Assembly (NCBI GenBank): GCA_027345565.1
Contig: DAHWIF010000001.1
Location: 1-51,098, forward strand
DNA: 51,098 bases
Origin: Candidatus Micrarchaeota archaeon
Lineage (GTDB): Archaea > Micrarchaeota > Micrarchaeia > Micrarchaeales > Micrarchaeaceae
Direction of reading: 5' to 3'
Shown: positions 47,287 to 51,098 of the stretch, piece after piece
How positions within the stretch are numbered: the first letter of the stretch is position 1
Layout of the letters: each line of letters begins with the position of its first letter
Translations under genes and position numbers: made by a program
Notes under the pieces: model-generated
The model's database searches: none
What the model saw: only the letters and a program-made list of their open reading frames with translations
What the model was told of the DNA's origin: nothing

Positions 47287-47369
47287 TTTGCTATCACCTA
47301 TATAAAGAGCCAGCTCAAGACTTATAACCTATTAGCTCTTAAATAGATATTGTTTATTAAGGGATTAGT

Positions 47370-47496
47370 GCCGGGGTGGCAGAATCTGGTATCGCGCCGG
47401 TCTCGAGCTTTTAATGCATTGAGAGCTGATCTGTGATGCGAAAACGGGCGAACCGGTGCCCGCAAGGGCTTTAGGGTTCAAATCCCTACCCCGGCG
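47370..47496 (+). tRNA. tRNA-Ser(CGA) with 43-nt intron at 37/38 (47408-47450)
   Basis: GCCGGGG/CCCCGGC acceptor, long variable arm GCCC-GCAA-GGGC, G73, canonical BHB (CTCG/CGGG central helix with 3-nt bulges AGC and CGA). Confidence 0.95.
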
Positions 47497-47593
47497 TACT
47501 TTTGAGTTTGTGGGGCAGCTCCAACCGCGCAGCGGAAGCCCATAGCGAATACCTATATTTTATAAATTCTCTTTGAGAGGCATATATGTTACC

Positions 47594-48115
47594 ATGGCGG
47601 TAGACGAGAGCGAGGTTAACGCGGTAAAGGATATCCTCTGGCCGGACGAAAAGGTCATAATGACGGTGAGGCAGAGGCGCGTCGGGCCTGGCGGATCCGT
47701 GACCGTGCCTACATCGGTCTTGGTGACCGACCACCGCCTTATCATAATCAATAAAGCGACCCTGGGCATAAGGAAGGACTACGAGACGATACCATACAGA
47801 CAGATATCCAGCGTAAGGCTGGAGCACGGCATTATCTCATCGTCGGTGTTCGTGAGGGTGCAGGGATACGACAAGGACCAGGGATTGCTGAAAAACGGCA
47901 AGGAGGAGGGCGAGATAGACGGGTTGAACAACACCGACGCAAAGGCGCTCGCCGACTACATAAATCAGATCCTATCCCACCCGCCTACGGATATGGGAGC
48001 AGTCGGTCATTATGACCAACCTGAAGGACCATCCGTTTTTTGCAGCAAGTGCGGGGCAAAGAATGACAAGGGGTCAAGGTTCTGCAGCAAGTGCGGGGCA
48101 AGGCTGACAGTCTGA
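47594..48115 (+). CDS. Bacterial-type PH domain protein with C-terminal zinc ribbon
   Basis: VLVTDHRLII...YETIPYRQISSV and FCSKCG...FCSKCG. Confidence 0.82.
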   Translation: MAVDESEVNAVKDILWPDEKVIMTVRQRRVGPGGSVTVPTSVLVTDHRLIIINKATLGIRKDYETIPYRQISSVRLEHGIISSSVFVRVQGYDKDQGLLKNGKEEGEIDGLNNTDAKALADYINQILSHPPTDMGAVGHYDQPEGPSVFCSKCGAKNDKGSRFCSKCGARLTV

Positions 48116-49318
48116 CTATTTCATGAATTCATCCAGCAGAACGGTTGCGTAAGAGCCGGATGGCAACGAGAAAGAGAGCACAGTATCGCTTACAGAGAAC
48201 CCTACAAAAGGAGCGAACACGACTCGGTAATTGCCCTTGCAGCTCAGCTCTGGCATGCTATTTATCCTGAACATCTCCTTTGTCAGGGACATCCCCTCAA
48301 GTATGCGCATTTCTGCCTCGCTCAGCTCAATGCTCTCATACCCAATTATGTTGCCGACAAGGAAGCCCTTTTCGGCCTGCCCTGTCGCTTTCCTCACCGT
48401 TGCCATGTCCGGAAAACCGTAGGCATCCGCATCGCAGAACAGGTCGCCGGCCCTTATCTCTGCGTCGTCAGCCCTCTCGGCGACCACCTTGTTGAATATC
48501 ATGTCCTCTACAGAGTGTACGAACATCAGCGATAGCTGCCTAGGAAGCCTCCTCAGCGCGTTTGCGTAGTCGGTAGGGTACTTCGCCAGGTACTCGAGGA
48601 GCTTGCGCTCGTACTTAAGATATGGCGGGAAGTAGCCGAGCGCAGATCCGAAGTCCAGCTCCTTTGCCAGCCTCTCTCTCGCCTCTATCGAGTCTAGGTT
48701 TCTCTCGTCGGTGGTGTCGGTCAGGAACGCGATCGCCGCCCTCTCGAAATCCCCCTTTATGATATAAACGCCTATCTCCGCGTTGTTGCCGCGGTAGCCG
48801 AAGCGCTGCTTGCCGAAATAGTTCGGGAACAGGCCGCCCAGGCCTTTTGCGATCCCATTTATCCTCTCTGCTGATGCATCCGTGTCCCTAATCGTCACCG
48901 TGAACCTATTGCCGAGCAGCTCGCCTATCCCGATGCCTGTGTCGCTCTGCCACGCGCCGTTTATCGTTATGCCCTTCACGTGCGTTGAGGATATCCTATC
49001 CGCAGTTGTTCCGAATATGCTGCATAGCTGCGTGGACACAGATGAGCGGTCCTTTGTGCCTGCGAAAGAAACAGATCTGATGCCCCTGCCGGCCTTTTTC
49101 GCAAGCGCCTCCAGCGCCTGTATCGTGTTCCAGTCCTGCTTCTGCAGCACGAACACTGCAAACTTGCCCGACTCGGATTCCTGCATATTGACGTCGCTGC
49201 AGCCGACTCTCGCATCTCTCTTCAGGACAAAGCCGTTCTTAGCTATCTCTTCGACTATGAAGTCCTCTGGGCGTTGCTTTATCTTCCCCTTGAACCTGTT
49301 CGCGCTAGAGAGCATCAT
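48116..49318 (-). CDS. truD: tRNA pseudouridine(13) synthase TruD
   Basis: EDFIVEE, FAGTKD, GNRFTV, PNYFGKQRFG and LPSGSYAT. Confidence 0.95.
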   Translation of the reverse strand: MMLSSANRFKGKIKQRPEDFIVEEIAKNGFVLKRDARVGCSDVNMQESESGKFAVFVLQKQDWNTIQALEALAKKAGRGIRSVSFAGTKDRSSVSTQLCSIFGTTADRISSTHVKGITINGAWQSDTGIGIGELLGNRFTVTIRDTDASAERINGIAKGLGGLFPNYFGKQRFGYRGNNAEIGVYIIKGDFERAAIAFLTDTTDERNLDSIEARERLAKELDFGSALGYFPPYLKYERKLLEYLAKYPTDYANALRRLPRQLSLMFVHSVEDMIFNKVVAERADDAEIRAGDLFCDADAYGFPDMATVRKATGQAEKGFLVGNIIGYESIELSEAEMRILEGMSLTKEMFRINSMPELSCKGNYRVVFAPFVGFSVSDTVLSFSLPSGSYATVLLDEFMK

Positions 49319-49324
49319 TGGAGA

Positions 49325-49882
49325 TCAACGCCTTTTACCGCTCACGGCCGCTTTCTCGGCCTTCACGAAGTCCTCTTCTATGGTATAGACCGCCTTCTCC
49401 AGGAAGTACCTGACAAGGAGCATGATCGCAACTCCGAGTATCACGACAAATATGCCTGCGAGCCCGACCCTGTAGAGGAGGAAGGCGAAGGCTATCCCCG
49501 CGCCTGGAGGGTGCACCGCATCTAGGAGAACGAGCAGCAGCGCAAGCGCAAACATGATTACCATGATGGAAATATACATTCCAGCGATTGTAGAGAGCAA
49601 GAAGCCGGAATAGCCAAGCGCCGCGCCGATCACATAGCTTTTCACGAACTTGCCTGGCTTTGCCGCATTGCTGTGCGGCACCATGAAGAGTATGAACGCG
49701 CTTGCGGCGAACGATGCAAATATGACGGCCGAGGAGCCAAGGCCTGTCTCAAGGCCTATGCTTGACACGTGAAGTATGTACACAAGCACGACGAGGCTTA
49801 AAGCTGTCATGATAGCAGGTATAAGCTTGCGCCGTACGATGCGCTCTGATCTTAAGCCATTCCCTCTCTTGCTGCTGTGCAT
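49325..49882 (-). CDS. HPP family membrane protein
   Basis: ASFAASAFILF, PHSNAAKP and HPPGAG. Confidence 0.88.
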   Translation of the reverse strand: MHSSKRGNGLRSERIVRRKLIPAIMTALSLVVLVYILHVSSIGLETGLGSSAVIFASFAASAFILFMVPHSNAAKPGKFVKSYVIGAALGYSGFLLSTIAGMYISIMVIMFALALLLVLLDAVHPPGAGIAFAFLLYRVGLAGIFVVILGVAIMLLVRYFLEKAVYTIEEDFVKAEKAAVSGKRR

Positions 49883-50189
49883 TAGGTCATATAACTATAA
49901 CCAGGAAAATTATAAATCTGAGTGGAAAAACAGGACAAGGGCCATACCTAATAATTCTCATCAATCTGGCGCCAGGTAAGTATGCCATGGCGTCATCGCA
50001 ATTCATAGCAAGCTATTTATACCTTATTCAGCATAACTTTAGACGGTGCTATTATGGCGACCGAGCTCTTATAGGCTCCTTTCTGTATTTGAAAGCTTTT
50101 TCTGCTTGATGAAAATACGTTTTTAGAGTCTGTAATCTTTGTTGCGCATCGTGAGATCGTCTGCTTGACGATTGATTTGAGGAGAAGAA

Positions 50190-51098
50190 GTTTGCAATAA
50201 AAAACAAACCACCTAGGGGATGGCTTGGCTGCAGCAGCGACGAAGGACGTGGCAAGCTGCGATAAGCCCAGGGTAGCCGCAGGTCAGGCGTTGAACCTGG
50301 GATTTCCGAATGTGCCAGCAATGGCAAGCATACCCGGGGAACTGAAATATCTTAGTACCCGGAGGAGAAGAAAGCATTAGCGATGCGGTAAGTAAAGCGA
50401 TTGAAAGCCGCACAGGGCGTACCGAATCCCTCTTTGGCAACAGAGGGGGAGATGTGGCGCGGCGCTTCATCCTTGCAAGGAGTCGAACGTTCTGGAAAGA
50501 ACGGCCATAGAGAGTGACAGCCTCGTAGATTAAATTGCAGGGAGATTGCCGCAAAAGAGTAATACTGCCTGAATACGCAGTATGAATACGGGGGCATTAA
50601 ACTCCAACCCTAAATATTGGCTGCAGACCGATAGCGAACAAGTAGCGTGAGCGAAAGCTGAAAAGAACCCACGCGTGTGGGATTGAAAAGATCTGAAACT
50701 AGGTGGTGACACGAAGGTAAGGCGTGAAAGGAATGAAAGGTGCCGAAGAGAAGATGCGAAAGCATCAATCGAGGCGCACGGACCAATGTCTTATCATTCT
50801 TCTTGAAGCAAGAGCCAGGGAGTGTATGGTAGTGGCGAGCCGAAAGGCACAGCGAAAGCGAGAGCTCGCAGATACCGAGGAGCATGGTATGAAAATGCCA
50901 GAGTCACTATCATACGACCCGAAGCCGCTGCGAACTACTCGTGACCAGGGCGAAGCTAGGCTAACGCCTGGTGGAGGCCCGCTACCTGTCATGGCATGTC
51001 CTGTTGGGTGAGTTACGAGTAGCGGCGATATACCACTCGAGCGCGGCAATAGCGGGTCCCCTCTGAAGTATCTTTAGGATAGCTCCGGCAGAGCTTGC
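50190..51098 (+). rRNA. rrl: 23S rRNA, 5' part (5' end approximate, continues beyond the window)
   Basis: Conserved LSU motifs GGATGGCTTGGCT, GAAGGACGTGGCAAGCTGCGATAAGC, GAACTGAAATATCTTAGTA, ACCGATAGCGAACAAGTA, CGACCCGAAGCCG and GGTGGAGGCCCG. Confidence 0.95.

Noticed and set aside
23411-47496. Integrated elements at tRNA genes, CRISPR arrays or IS elements
   Set aside because: No integrase or transposase ORF, duplicated tRNA 3' end or regularly spaced repeat was seen.
50052-51049. ORFs listed over the 23S rRNA region
   Set aside because: They are shadow ORFs of the rRNA gene and its leader.
1-51098. Genome-wide TAG recoding (e.g. pyrrolysine), suggested by the in-frame glyS TAG/OGG junction
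   Set aside because: Many conserved genes (M16 peptidase, translin, rpl39e, rps19e, sodN, dph6) end at TAG at their expected lengths, no conserved gene is interrupted by TAG, and no pyl genes are in the window.

Overview
This is a gene-dense archaeal chromosome segment, most consistent with a DPANN Micrarchaeota-type organism. That assignment is inferred from the archaeal core genes (GlyRS, LonB, Top6A, aIF1, aIF6, Nop5, S19e, L39e, L31e, NAC), BHB-type tRNA introns and a 23S rRNA gene with no 16S upstream. The window holds about 60 protein genes, 5 tRNA genes (Asp, Tyr with intron, Val, Ala, Ser with intron) and the first ~900 nt of the 23S rRNA. I saw no CRISPR array, transposase or integrase. 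The most notable observations are: (1) three conserved genes (OGG-type glycosylase, rps26e, bud32) can only be full length if they initiate at CTG, each exactly 4 nt after a GGTGA Shine-Dalgarno motif, the spacing seen before many ATG/GTG/TTG starts here; (2) a complete nickel superoxide dismutase pair (sodN-sodX) lies next to rpa, tRNA-Val, two divergent endonuclease III paralogs and a Nudix gene; (3) there are several unusual membrane proteins: a multi-TM double-AAA ATPase, an ArsR-HTH/TM/extracellular-domain fusion, a tail-anchored tandem winged-helix protein, and an RpiB-like pseudoenzyme with duplicated amphipathic tails; (4) a BcsA-like processive GT2 is present. Product calls come from motifs recognised by eye, not from database searches, and adjusted start sites are inferred.
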